Origin: Tolypothrix carrinoi HA7290-LM1
GTDB taxonomy: Bacteria > Cyanobacteriota > Cyanobacteriia > Cyanobacteriales > Nostocaceae
Length of the DNA stretch: 33,362 nt
Direction: 5' to 3'
Assembly (NCBI GenBank): GCA_019358935.1
Contig: JAHHIK010000092.1
Span: 1-33,362 of the forward strand
The notes beneath the pieces were generated by a model. It was given only the letters and a program-made list of their open reading frames with translations. It did no database searches and was not told the origin of the DNA. The translations under genes and the position numbers were made by a program. Below, in pieces: positions 1 through 9,399 of this stretch; positions within the stretch are counted from its first letter, which is position 1; each line of letters begins with the position of its first letter.

Positions 1-26
1 AACGCGGCGAAAAGCTCGGTCTCTAG
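1..26 (+). CDS. petG: 3' end of probable cytochrome b6f subunit V (PetG), truncated by window edge
   Basis: Reads ..RGEKLGL-TAG, resembling the PetG C-terminus (YxRGxQLxL). It is convergent with rsmD-hisH, a common cyanobacterial synteny. Only about 8 codons are visible. Confidence 0.55.
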
Positions 27-197
27 GGGAGTGGGGGAGTGGGGGAGTGGGGGAGTGGGGGAGTGGAGGAGTGGGGAAGTGGGGAGTGGGGAGTCAATAG
101 TCAAGAGTCAAGAGTCAAGATTCCCCCTTGTCTCCCTTGTCCCCCTTGTCTCCTTGTCCCCTTGTCGCCCCATCCCCCCCTCCCCCCCTCCTCATTC
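27..197. repeat. Composite tandem-repeat region: (GGGGGAGT)n, (AGTCAAG/T)n heptamers, (CCCCTTGTC/T)n and C-runs
   Basis: Visible 8-mer G-rich array at 27-93, 7-mer AGTCAAG array at about 92-120, and 9-mer plus C-rich arrays at 123-197, all between convergent genes. These are typical Nostocales short tandem repeats. Confidence 0.9.
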
Positions 198-737
198 CCG
201 AATTCTGTAAAATGTCAAAGCGGTGTTTCCGTAAACTTTCTCGCGGCATATTTCCCAAGCTGGAATTACTGGGGCTATCCAATTTTGGGGACTGTGTTCT
301 ACGGCTATTTCGCCGCTAGAATCTAAAAGCTGACCTACCGCGATCGCTTCTAACACTGGCTGATATAATCCACTTGCATAAGGCGGATCGAAGTAAATTT
401 TATCAAATTGCTTTCCTGATAAGTTTTTTAAGCGCTGCAATACGTCTCCCCGCAGCACCTCCCATTTTTGATTTTCATCAGCTACTTGCTGCCAGTTTTG
501 TTGGATAATGGCACAGGCTCGACTCGACTGTTCAATGCCGACAACAACGCTTGCTTGTCTAGATAAAGCTTCTGCCCCCATTGAACCGCTACCAGCGCAC
601 AAATCCAGCCAGCGACAACCAGCTATTTCTCCCTGCCAAATATTAAACACTGCTTCGCGTACCCGCGCACTCGTGGGACGGGTATCTTGTCCAGGTAAAG
701 TTTTTATCTGGCGATTTCCGTAAATTCTCAGACTCAT
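192..737 (-). CDS. rsmD: 16S rRNA (guanine966-N2)-methyltransferase RsmD
   Basis: TRPTSARVREAVFNI, LDLCAGSGSMGAEALSR and IYFDPPY motifs. The likely start is MSLRIYG at 737; the ORF track extends to 758. Confidence 0.93.
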   Translation of the reverse strand: MSLRIYGNRQIKTLPGQDTRPTSARVREAVFNIWQGEIAGCRWLDLCAGSGSMGAEALSRQASVVVGIEQSSRACAIIQQNWQQVADENQKWEVLRGDVLQRLKNLSGKQFDKIYFDPPYASGLYQPVLEAIAVGQLLDSSGEIAVEHSPQNWIAPVIPAWEICREKVYGNTALTFYRIRE

Positions 738-815
738 TTTTAATTGGTCATGCGTCATTAGTCCAATGGATGTCAGGACTAATGACTAGGACTAAACATA
801 AAACTCACATTTATA

Positions 816-1451
816 TTATGCAGGAATTTTTTCGCGGACTTGAGAAACAAAATTAGAGAGGATTTGCAGTCCTATATTAGAGGATTTTTCAGGATGAAAT
901 TGGACTGCCATGAGGTTATCGGTTGCGATCGCTGCTGTGACTGTTTGATTACCGTGGGTGACAGTGGCAGCGCGGACTTGGGGGTCAATTGGGTCAACAT
1001 AGTAAGAATGGACAAAATATACCCAAGGCTGATAGGGCAAATGCTCCCACAAAATACTTTTTGGCTGAGTCAATTGCAGTTGATTCCAACCCATGTGGGG
1101 AATAGTAATTCCTGGTTCGTGAATAAACCGTCGCACTTTTCCTTTGATAATTCCCAGTCCTGGTAGTTTGCCTTCTTCGCTAGATTCAAAGAGAATTTGC
1201 AATCCTAAGCATATACCTAAGAAAGGTTTGCCGCTGGCGATCGCTTCTTTTATCGGTTGTTCTAAACCACGCGCTCTTATATGTTGCACTGCCGGATCGA
1301 ATGCTCCCACTCCTGGCAAAATAACAGCATCTGCTTGTTGTAAATCTTTTGAAGAGTGAGTTATCTTCGGAGTTGCCCCTGCTTTTTCCAAACCTTTGCA
1401 GACGGAATGCAAATTTCCCATCTCATAATCTATAACTGCAATTACCGGCAT
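816..1451 (-). CDS. hisH: Imidazole glycerol phosphate synthase glutaminase subunit HisH
   Basis: DYEMGNLHSV, LPGVGAF, GICLGLQ (catalytic Cys), PHMGWN, YFVHSY and QFHPEKS motifs. Confidence 0.97.
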   Translation of the reverse strand: MPVIAVIDYEMGNLHSVCKGLEKAGATPKITHSSKDLQQADAVILPGVGAFDPAVQHIRARGLEQPIKEAIASGKPFLGICLGLQILFESSEEGKLPGLGIIKGKVRRFIHEPGITIPHMGWNQLQLTQPKSILWEHLPYQPWVYFVHSYYVDPIDPQVRAATVTHGNQTVTAAIATDNLMAVQFHPEKSSNIGLQILSNFVSQVREKIPA

Positions 1452-1509
1452 TTACCTTCTCCTTGTAAATTTATTAGGGAGACTTTTTATATTGTAAATA
1501 AGATTTGTT

Positions 1510-2022
1510 ATGAAGAAAAGAATCCTATTAACTTCTTTTGACATTTGGTTGCCTCATCAGCAGTCAAATTCCTCTGATGATTTATTGATCGAAGTCGGCA
1601 AACTTAACTCGCTTGTTTATGATTTGACTTTTTTGCGACAGTTACCGGTCGATGGACAGCTTGCCGGTTCTCAGGTTCAGGCAAAAATCGAAGTCGTTCA
1701 GCCAAATTACATCATCCTTTGTGGCATGGCAGAAAGCCGTAAACAATTGAGTGTTGAAAAAATTGCCAGTAAAGCCGAAAATATTTTGCAGACAACGGTA
1801 GATTTAGAACAACTGGTGGCAGAAGCAACCGCAATTGAGATTAGCCATGACTGCGGCAAATTCGTCTGCGAGCATCTTTATTATTCAGTCTTGGACTATT
1901 TGAGACAGCACCAACTCACAATTGGTTGCATTTTTGTCCACGTTCCCGTTTTGACGGAAGAAAATTTTGAAGGAATTTTTGCCGATTTCTTATTGATTGT
2001 TGACAAATTGGCACTTTTATAA
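1510..2022 (+). CDS. Pyroglutamyl-peptidase I-like protein (peptidase C15)
   Basis: ILLTSF N-terminus, LSVE, ISHDCGKFVCE (catalytic Cys region) and FVHVP (catalytic His). Confidence 0.85.
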   Translation: MKKRILLTSFDIWLPHQQSNSSDDLLIEVGKLNSLVYDLTFLRQLPVDGQLAGSQVQAKIEVVQPNYIILCGMAESRKQLSVEKIASKAENILQTTVDLEQLVAEATAIEISHDCGKFVCEHLYYSVLDYLRQHQLTIGCIFVHVPVLTEENFEGIFADFLLIVDKLALL

Positions 2023-2061
2023 AGTCGTTTGCGTCTCGATAGTGAACAAATATGTAGATTT

Positions 2062-3411
2062 ATGTTGCCTTTTTTACTAATTTTTCCCATCGCTCAAACA
2101 ATTTCCCCACCACAACCAGAGGAAGTGGTGCAACAACAAGAAGTGCGTCCTTTACCCGGACAGTTAGATAATGTGCCTGTGTTTAACAGTAATAGTCCAG
2201 AATTAGTTTTGAAGGAGGGGATTTTACTTTCTACCTTTGCTTCATATGGGAAAAAAGTACCGCAGGCACACTTGAATTTTCCTTTTCGGGGAAGATTTGA
2301 TATTTTCGCTCATCACATTGCCAGAGCGGAACCTCCAGATAATTTGCGGACGTTGTATTTAGGGATAATTTTGCACAACCCGACGAAGCAATCGGTGAAG
2401 GTGAATGTTTTGGAAGGAGCGAGTTATTTAAGTCAACCAGATGCACCGTTTATACAATTGCCATCTATTATTGATAATTCTTTAGGTACAGTTTTCGCAG
2501 GTCCAGGCGATCGCGTCATGACTGATGTTTTAAGAAAACTCCGACAACAAATTTTACCAGCACAAATAGTCATTCCGCCTGGGCAAAGTCAGATGTTGTT
2601 AAATCAGCCAATTCCGGTCAAGGAATTGACACCGCCGTTAAATGGTCGGTCAACATTGATACATCTGCAAAGTAATGGTATGATTTATGCGGCAAGTCTG
2701 GCGATGTTTGCACCGATAAATTCTGATGGTAGCGAGCGATCGCCTTCTCTGCAAGAATGGCAAAATCTCCTAAATAATGGTGATTTAGCAGGACCCCGTG
2801 ATAAAATACCCACTGAGCCAAATAGTGCTAAACCAATAATATACGGTCGTGTCGCCGGCGTTGCCCAAGGTTCTGAGTGGAAAGCTTTATTGGTAGATCG
2901 TCCCCAAGCTAAATATCTGACTATTCCCCAACCCGGTCAAGCCTTTTCTTACCCCTTGAGTACAGTTCCTGGTGGTAGCCTTGGTACCGATCAAATTCAA
3001 AGTGCGCCGATGTTGGTACGCTATCCTGATACCGCATATCGCGCTCACGGTAACTATGGAATTAAATACAGTCTCAAATTGCCACTATATAATAATACTC
3101 AAAGTCGGCGCATTGTAACTATATCAATGCAAACACCACTAAAGGAAGATAAATTAGTAAATCGAGGCTTGCGCTTTTTGAGTATACCCGGACCGCAAGT
3201 GTTCTTTCGGGGTACAGTGCAACTACGTTACAAAGATGAGCAAGGTAAACCCCAGACTAAGCTTTTACATTTAGTGCAAAAGAGAGGTCAACAGGGTGAA
3301 GCGCTGGCAGTGCTAAACTTAAAAGCAGGCGATCGCTCTGACGTAGAAGTAGACCTACTCTATCCCCCAGACGCCACCCCACCGCAAGTATTAACAGTCA
3401 CAACCCAGTAA
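2062..3411 (+). CDS. DUF3370-family exported protein
   Basis: Signal-like N-terminus from ATG 2062. VRPLPGQLDNVPVFNSNSPE, EGILLSTF, AHGNYG and YPPDATPPQVLTV are characteristic of this cyanobacterial family. Confidence 0.8.
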   Translation: MLPFLLIFPIAQTISPPQPEEVVQQQEVRPLPGQLDNVPVFNSNSPELVLKEGILLSTFASYGKKVPQAHLNFPFRGRFDIFAHHIARAEPPDNLRTLYLGIILHNPTKQSVKVNVLEGASYLSQPDAPFIQLPSIIDNSLGTVFAGPGDRVMTDVLRKLRQQILPAQIVIPPGQSQMLLNQPIPVKELTPPLNGRSTLIHLQSNGMIYAASLAMFAPINSDGSERSPSLQEWQNLLNNGDLAGPRDKIPTEPNSAKPIIYGRVAGVAQGSEWKALLVDRPQAKYLTIPQPGQAFSYPLSTVPGGSLGTDQIQSAPMLVRYPDTAYRAHGNYGIKYSLKLPLYNNTQSRRIVTISMQTPLKEDKLVNRGLRFLSIPGPQVFFRGTVQLRYKDEQGKPQTKLLHLVQKRGQQGEALAVLNLKAGDRSDVEVDLLYPPDATPPQVLTVTTQ

Positions 3412-3425
3412 TTAACGTATTTTTC

Positions 3426-3475
3426 GTAGTAAGCACTTCAGTGCTTGAAAAGAAAAGCGCTTCAGCGCTTACTAC
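3426..3475. repeat. GTAG-type REP-like doublet between convergent genes (possible bidirectional terminator)
   Basis: GTAGT-AAGCAC-TTCA-GTGCTT ... AAGCGC-TTCA-GCGCTT-ACTAC: two hairpins inside the terminal inverted repeats GTAGTAAGC/GCTTACTAC. Confidence 0.8.
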
Positions 3476-3480
3476 ATATA

Positions 3481-4809
3481 TTAACGTTGAAAACCCTTTG
3501 CTGTCGGCTTTTTACCTTTATCCTTAGACTTAGATTTATTCACATCAGCCAAAGCTTCTTGAAACAAGTTATGCAGATGTATAGGTACACTAGCAATTTC
3601 TGGTAACTCTGGCTCAATCGGTTTGTTGAATTCTTGCAAAAGCGCTTTCAAATCACTTGACAAACGAAAATCCGGACGCTGTAAGTAAGTTTGCAACACC
3701 TTTTCTAATTGAGTTGGGTACTGTTCAGCTAACCGATACCAAACGAAAGCATTAATACTTTTATCTTCTAGGAAGTAACGAATTAGTTTTTCTGAACCTT
3801 CAATATTTTGCACATCAGCTGATAAAATTGCTTTCATTTTACCGTATGTTGGTAAAAACATTTGTCCCCAACGAGGATGAGAAAGTGCCGTTACTTGTTC
3901 GGCTTTTCTCAGTTCCGCAGGTAAATCAACTTTTGGCATCACCATTTTGTTATTGGCAGATTTGTTATTAAATACCTGAGAAACTACTTTGGAGTCAGCA
4001 CCCAACTCTTCTGCTGCTGCTTTGATTTCTTCTTCGTCGATACCTGCGGCTTCAGCGGCTTCCGCTAGAGATTTAGAAGTATCAATGCCTGCTTCTGCCA
4101 AGCGTTTCTCAGTCATTAACTCTTGGAATTCAACGATTTTTTTGTTAAGTTGATATCCCGGCAGTGTGATTTCATCGCTACCAAAAAAGTCAACAAATTC
4201 CTGATGATATTTTTCGACCGATCGCCAAGCTTCTTCTAATAAATCTGGGGCATCTCCGTAAAGATTATTTTTGTAGTTATCTTTGAAATTACCGATTGCT
4301 ACTGCTAATTTTGGTTTACCTAATTTACCCAAGAGTGTATGGGAACTAAAAAACATCCATTCAGTATCGGTTACGGGAGCAATTCGAGTTAAGAAAATTT
4401 CTCCGACTTTAAATCGCGACATTTCTTGAATTGTTAATGCATCAGTTGGCTTGACAATATAGTGTTTATCTGTTAGCCAGTTTACCAATTCAAAGCCATC
4501 AGGTAAAATTTGAACTACAGCAAACAAGCCAATAAAACTACGATGCCAACTGCGAATCAGGTTGCGTTCTGTATCTGGTAAATCTGGATGACTTTCACAA
4601 AATAAATCAAGCGGTGTTTTATCACCGACTTTCCCTTCTATCGCAAAACTATCAATGATGAAATCTTGCTGTTTGCTATCACCCGAACCACGACGCGATT
4701 GTTCTGCTGCATAGGTTTCCAGCGCTGTTGCCAGTTCGTCTTCCGCGTCAAGGACGAAATCGATTAAGGCTAGTTTTAATTCGTGCGATCGCTCTAATAT
4801 TAAATCCAC
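3481..4809 (-). CDS. Hypothetical protein (442 aa)
   Basis: Long ORF with GTG start and a Lys-rich ..AKGF tail typical of cyanobacterial proteins. No family recognised. Confidence 0.8.
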   Translation of the reverse strand: MDLILERSHELKLALIDFVLDAEDELATALETYAAEQSRRGSGDSKQQDFIIDSFAIEGKVGDKTPLDLFCESHPDLPDTERNLIRSWHRSFIGLFAVVQILPDGFELVNWLTDKHYIVKPTDALTIQEMSRFKVGEIFLTRIAPVTDTEWMFFSSHTLLGKLGKPKLAVAIGNFKDNYKNNLYGDAPDLLEEAWRSVEKYHQEFVDFFGSDEITLPGYQLNKKIVEFQELMTEKRLAEAGIDTSKSLAEAAEAAGIDEEEIKAAAEELGADSKVVSQVFNNKSANNKMVMPKVDLPAELRKAEQVTALSHPRWGQMFLPTYGKMKAILSADVQNIEGSEKLIRYFLEDKSINAFVWYRLAEQYPTQLEKVLQTYLQRPDFRLSSDLKALLQEFNKPIEPELPEIASVPIHLHNLFQEALADVNKSKSKDKGKKPTAKGFQR

Positions 4810-4980
4810 AGTTTCATCTCTCGCATCAACATTGGTACATTATAAGTTCCAAAATACTTTTGGCATCTGGCAATAGCTAGATTTTTGAGAATGCGAGCCA
4901 ATACCAGATAAGTTGAGGCGTTATGTATAATACTGCATTTACAAGTAAATCTCACTTTATTCAAAACTTCTAAAATTGAT

Positions 4981-6808
4981 TTGCTAGAAAACTTTTGTCA
5001 ATGCGAAGTAACTTCTAAAACAGTATCTCAGGAATACTTACAAGCACAAATAAGTTTAGTTAAAGCCTATCACTGTACTGGAAAACATGAAAAAGCTCGC
5101 GTATTATGTTCTCAACTTGCAGAAAGTAAAAATCTCCAGGTGCAATCTTGGGCACAGCGAATTATGCCATCTTTATCTGCTGAGTCTTCTGTAACACCAG
5201 AAAATCTGCAACAAGAAACTTCATCTATTGCCCCTAAAATATTTCTGTCATCAGAGGAAGCAACCGAACTACTGGCACAAGGATATAAAGCGCTGAAATT
5301 TAGGCGCTACATTGAAGCTGTTCAAGTTCTTGAAGAATTTTGTCAAAGAACTGATGCGAATACAAAAGACTATTTTCAAGCACAGATGTGGTTGGTGAAA
5401 GCTTATAAAGCCAATGGACAATTAGACAATGCGATCGCACTCTGTCAGCAACTTACCACAAGTGAGCAACAAGCTACGCAGATTTGGGCACAGCAATTTC
5501 TCTTGACTTTATTACCAGAGGGTGAAGTGCCGTCTTCAGCAACAGAATCAGCCACCTGCGAACAAAATCAATCTACTGCTGTGAAAATGAAAATGAGAAC
5601 TTTAAGTGAGTTCAAAAGTTTCTGTCAGCAGAATTTAATCAACGATTTAAAGGCTATTGAAGCAACGAGAAAAGAAGTACTGAAATCTATCAGCTTTGTT
5701 GGGATTATTCTATTAATTATAATTGGATTCCTAATTAAGTTCTTTCCTACAGAATATATAATTTTTTGTTTAGTACATAAAATAAGTCTGCCATTTTTAA
5801 TTATCTTTATATTTTTATTTGGGTTTTTAGGTTGTCTGTGGATATGGGTTGCTTTTTACACTTCTGCAACAGAAACTTATACTAGCGGCTTTAAATCAAA
5901 GATTATAGAAAAAATCTTTGATTTTATTAACACCGATAAAAATCTTAGCTATTCTAGCTGTTCATCAGATGCAGACAGAGATTATACTTTGTCTGGTTTC
6001 ATCCACAGCCAGCTTTTTCAAAACCTATTAAAGCCGAATAAAATTACGCAGAACGAATGTATTTTTGGGAAACTGCATGAGACACCCATCTTTTTTTTCA
6101 GAAATTTGTGCGGAAGTAGAAGTGCATCATGCTTGGGCTAAATACTTGGATTTTCCACAACATATAAGAATATTAAATTCATTCATGATACCGAGATTTA
6201 TTACCAGACGTATTTTTATATTAATGCTTCCTCTATATACTATTATTTTGTTAATCAAACTTATTAAGGCTTTGCCTTATATTGTCAGCCGAATGCTGAA
6301 AGGTCAGAAAATAGATTATCAACATTTTGCAGAAGAAGTATTTAGCAACAAAGTATCCAGAAAGAGCCTTTTTAAAGGTTTATTTTTTTCAGCTAATTTT
6401 CCGAAAAACTCAAAAGGCAAGACTTTAATTATACCAAAACTTCTGAATTCAAATATTCATTCTTTAAACATAGGCAAAAGACAGATAATAAAACTAGAAG
6501 ACCCTGAGTTTACCAAATTTTTCACTGTCTATGGCAATGACCAAGTAGAAGCAAGATACATTTTATCTACGAACTTAATGGCAAAACTTGTTAATTTTAG
6601 AAAGAAAGCTGGTAGGAATATTTACGTTTCTTTTGTAGACAATATGATATATATTGCCATTGAGTATGCAGAAGATGTATTTGAACCTAAACTGTTTAAA
6701 ACTATGTTAAGTTTTGCGCCTATGCGAGAATACTTTGAAAATATACAGTTGATGCTGGGAATTGTTGAAGACTTAAATCTCAATAGACATATATGGAGCC
6801 AGAATTAG
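4981..6808 (+). pseudogene. TPR-like repeat + membrane + DUF3137-domain protein, split by a frameshift in a T8 run (6091-6098)
   Basis: ORF 4981-6141 has two TPR-like repeats and TM helices. ORF 6065-6808 carries DUF3137-like motifs (FKGLFFSANF, LEDPEF..VYGNDQVEARYILSTNLM, FEP). Removing one T fuses them as ..ETPIFFSEICAEVE.. Confidence 0.75.
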
Positions 6809-6874
6809 TTAAAACAAATGCTGCATTATAAAAACAAGCTTTATTAGCCCACGTTATGTAGCGATCGCTCTTCT

Positions 6875-7600
6875 TTACGAGTTATTTACAGCATCAGGAT
6901 CGACACCAAGCAAACGCAACTGTTCTTTTAACCTTTCTACCTGTAACTCAGCTTGTTTAGCTCGCTCCTCAGCTTGTTTTGCTTGCTCTTGCGCCTGTTC
7001 TCGTGCTAAAATCTCTTGCTGTAGCGCTTGCACTAACTCCCCAGGAGCCAATAACTTCTCTCCTGTATCTTGTTTGTAAAAAGCAATCAATTGCTCGTCA
7101 ATCTCTAATCGCAGTTGCAAAGCCTCACTTCGCTTATCTGTAATTAGCTCATACTCTTGTCTAATTAAACGATAACCCCGCAGTTGTTCGGGAATCCACT
7201 CTCCTTTGGGGTCAAATAACCAGTACTCCAGTACTCCTAACTGTTCGTACAGAGTTTTTTTGAAACTTATATCTTGCTCTCTAGTTCCTTGAGAAGTCAT
7301 CTCAAAAATGACTAATGGTACTTGTCCTTCTTCCCAAATTTTATAATTATCTCTAGCCCCAGGTGCAACGTTATAAATTACCATTACATCTGGAGCTACC
7401 CTCAATCGAGGATAACCTTGAGCATAGTAGAGAAACTGATCTGCCAGAACAATTGCCGATTGTCCTGCAAGATACTGACGCAAAGCAATAACGGTGTTAA
7501 TTATTGCATCAGCATGAACAGAAGTTTCTGCCAAAGGTTTACCATCCGAACTTGGATAAAAAACATCAGTTGATTCAGATTTGGGTACGAGGCTAGTCAT
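6875..7600 (-). CDS. Uma2 (DUF820) family PD-(D/E)XK endonuclease-like protein with C-terminal coiled coil
   Basis: YPSSDGKPLAET, VAPDVMV, VIFEMTS and KKTLYEQLGVLEYWLFDP motifs, plus an EQAKQAEERAKQAE..LRLLGVDPD tail. Confidence 0.92.
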   Translation of the reverse strand: MTSLVPKSESTDVFYPSSDGKPLAETSVHADAIINTVIALRQYLAGQSAIVLADQFLYYAQGYPRLRVAPDVMVIYNVAPGARDNYKIWEEGQVPLVIFEMTSQGTREQDISFKKTLYEQLGVLEYWLFDPKGEWIPEQLRGYRLIRQEYELITDKRSEALQLRLEIDEQLIAFYKQDTGEKLLAPGELVQALQQEILAREQAQEQAKQAEERAKQAELQVERLKEQLRLLGVDPDAVNNS

Positions 7601-7688
7601 AACTCACGCCACCAATTTGAGGGGATAACTGAATGATTCTATTATATTATCGTTTATACAGTAAGATATAAGTCAGCTATTCGTCGTC

Positions 7689-7750
7689 ATTTGAAAGCGG
7701 GAATGGTAACAGTTGCAGAATTTGAAAGCGGCAATGGGAACAATTGCAGA
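7689..7750 (+). repeat. Imperfect 31-bp tandem duplication
   Basis: ATTTGAAAGCGGGAATGGTAACAGTTGCAGA (7689-7719) is followed directly by ATTTGAAAGCGGCAATGGGAACAATTGCAGA (7720-7750); 28 of 31 positions are identical. Confidence 0.9.
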
Positions 7751-7939
7751 TATTCTCTGGCAACGATAAATTAATTAACTTGAAACACTTGATGATGGTA
7801 AGTTGTGGATATGCATACAAAAATAGCTGGATGCATGTTTTCTAGCTAATCACAATATTATCAATGGAAGTTTTGATAAACAGCAAATCTGGGCGTATAT
7901 CGATTTGAATACGAGATTGAGAAACCCGGTTTAAAAGTA

Positions 7940-7983
7940 AAAGTGAACAAAAAGTGAACAGTTTTTGGTCTGTAAAGTGAACA
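7940..7983 (+). promoter_or_regulatory. Three AAAGTGAACA direct repeats upstream of the DUF4331 operon (candidate transcription-factor operator)
   Basis: Exact 10-mers at 7940-7949, 7951-7960 and 7974-7983. The first two have an 11-bp period, as in OmpR/PhoB-family sites. Confidence 0.6.
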
Positions 7984-8071
7984 ACGCGATTCAAGAATAT
8001 AGAGCTATTGGAGAAGCGGGAAGGAAGAAAGGAATATTTTTCTGAGTTCCCTTACTAATAACCAATAACCA

Positions 8072-9355
8072 ATGACAAATATGTCAGGAAATATCAAGAT
8101 GACAGATACAACAATTGTTGCTAAAAAATCCTTGCAGCGCTTGAGTTTCAAAAATCTGAATCTGAAAAAAATTATCGGAGCAAGTGTACTAGCCTTGGGT
8201 TTAGCCGTTGGTACAGTAACAGTTATCCCAATATACGTTAATGCTTCCGACCATGATGACGGCGAGGTGGATACAAAAGGTCGCAACCTGAATCTAACTG
8301 ATTTATATGTGTTCCGGGAAAAAGACCAAAACCCCAGTGCGAGTGAAGATGACTTGATATTCGTCATGAATACCAATCCGCGATCGCTTGCTCGTCAGCA
8401 GTATTATTTCAGCAGCAATGCCCTTTATGAATTTAAAATTACCCGCGTTGCTAATAAAGATGCAACCCCCACAGGTCAAGAAGATGTGATCCTGCGGTTT
8501 CAATTTGGAGAACCCAACAGCCAAGGGGAACAAGCATTTAAATTAACTGCGATCGCTAACGGTAGAAGAATTGATGCAGATGAAGGTAGAACTACTCCCT
8601 TAAGTGCAGATAATAACCCAACTCTTAATGAACTAAACTTAGGAAACTCCAAAGTTAGTGTATTTGCAGGACTGCGGGAAGATCCCTTCTTCTTTGATGT
8701 GGAACAATTTTTCCGAGTTCGTGCAGGAGCTTTAGGTATTGGTCCCCAAGTTGGTTTTCGTCCCACTAACCAAGCCCTTGACTTTGCTAAAGGATATAAC
8801 GTCAACACCATTGTTGTTAGAGTACCCCGCTCTTTATTACAAGGACAGACTAAAGCCACAACCTTCGACGTGTGGGAAACTATCTCCGTCCGAAACCCCC
8901 GCGATCAGAAATTCCAACAGTTTGAACGTCTCGGACGACCGGGTATTAATGAAGGCTTAATCGTTACTAACGATTTTCTCAATGCCTTTAATAGTATTCC
9001 CCCCACTGCTGACTTAAGCCCTGCTGCTGCACCCGTGGGAGCAGAAGCGAAAAATACCCTCAAAGCCCTGGGGAATGACGATGCAAGGGCTAACGCTTTA
9101 CTAGGTGCATTCCTTCCTGACGTGATGCGAATTGATACCAGCCAACAAAGTGGTTACGGTAAAGCCCTCAACGTCAAAGGTAGCCCCATTACCGGACGTT
9201 TGCTCAAAGATGATGTGATTGATACAACTTTAAGCGTACTTACGAACGGTGCAGTCACCGCCGATAACGTTTCCTACGAAGGTACTCCTGATAACCCAGC
9301 TCAAGGTCATAAACCGTTAGAACTAGAATTTCCTTACTTAGCATTACCGAATTAG
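8072..9355 (+). CDS. DUF4331-family secreted protein
   Basis: Signal peptide ending VNA, then SDHDDGE. Also LTDLYVF, FAGLREDPFFFD, GYNVNTIV, ERLGRPGINEGL, GRLLKDDVIDTTL and a C-terminal FPYLALPN. The start codon is uncertain (8072, 8081 or 8099); 8072 lies in an ACCAATA/G heptamer repeat. Confidence 0.85.
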   Translation: MTNMSGNIKMTDTTIVAKKSLQRLSFKNLNLKKIIGASVLALGLAVGTVTVIPIYVNASDHDDGEVDTKGRNLNLTDLYVFREKDQNPSASEDDLIFVMNTNPRSLARQQYYFSSNALYEFKITRVANKDATPTGQEDVILRFQFGEPNSQGEQAFKLTAIANGRRIDADEGRTTPLSADNNPTLNELNLGNSKVSVFAGLREDPFFFDVEQFFRVRAGALGIGPQVGFRPTNQALDFAKGYNVNTIVVRVPRSLLQGQTKATTFDVWETISVRNPRDQKFQQFERLGRPGINEGLIVTNDFLNAFNSIPPTADLSPAAAPVGAEAKNTLKALGNDDARANALLGAFLPDVMRIDTSQQSGYGKALNVKGSPITGRLLKDDVIDTTLSVLTNGAVTADNVSYEGTPDNPAQGHKPLELEFPYLALPN

Positions 9356-9399
9356 AGGGACACAAGAAGATTAGGAGAAAGCAGAAGTTATTATCAAGG

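Noticed and set aside
39..326. ORFs 39-326 and 128-319
   Set aside because: They are translations of tandem repeats and overlap rsmD on the opposite strand.
7689..7750. Possible CRISPR mini-array, since the repeats contain ATTTGAAAG, similar to CRISPR repeat ends
   Set aside because: The two 31-mers are directly adjacent with no unique spacer, the motif is at the start rather than the end of the unit, and no cas genes are present.
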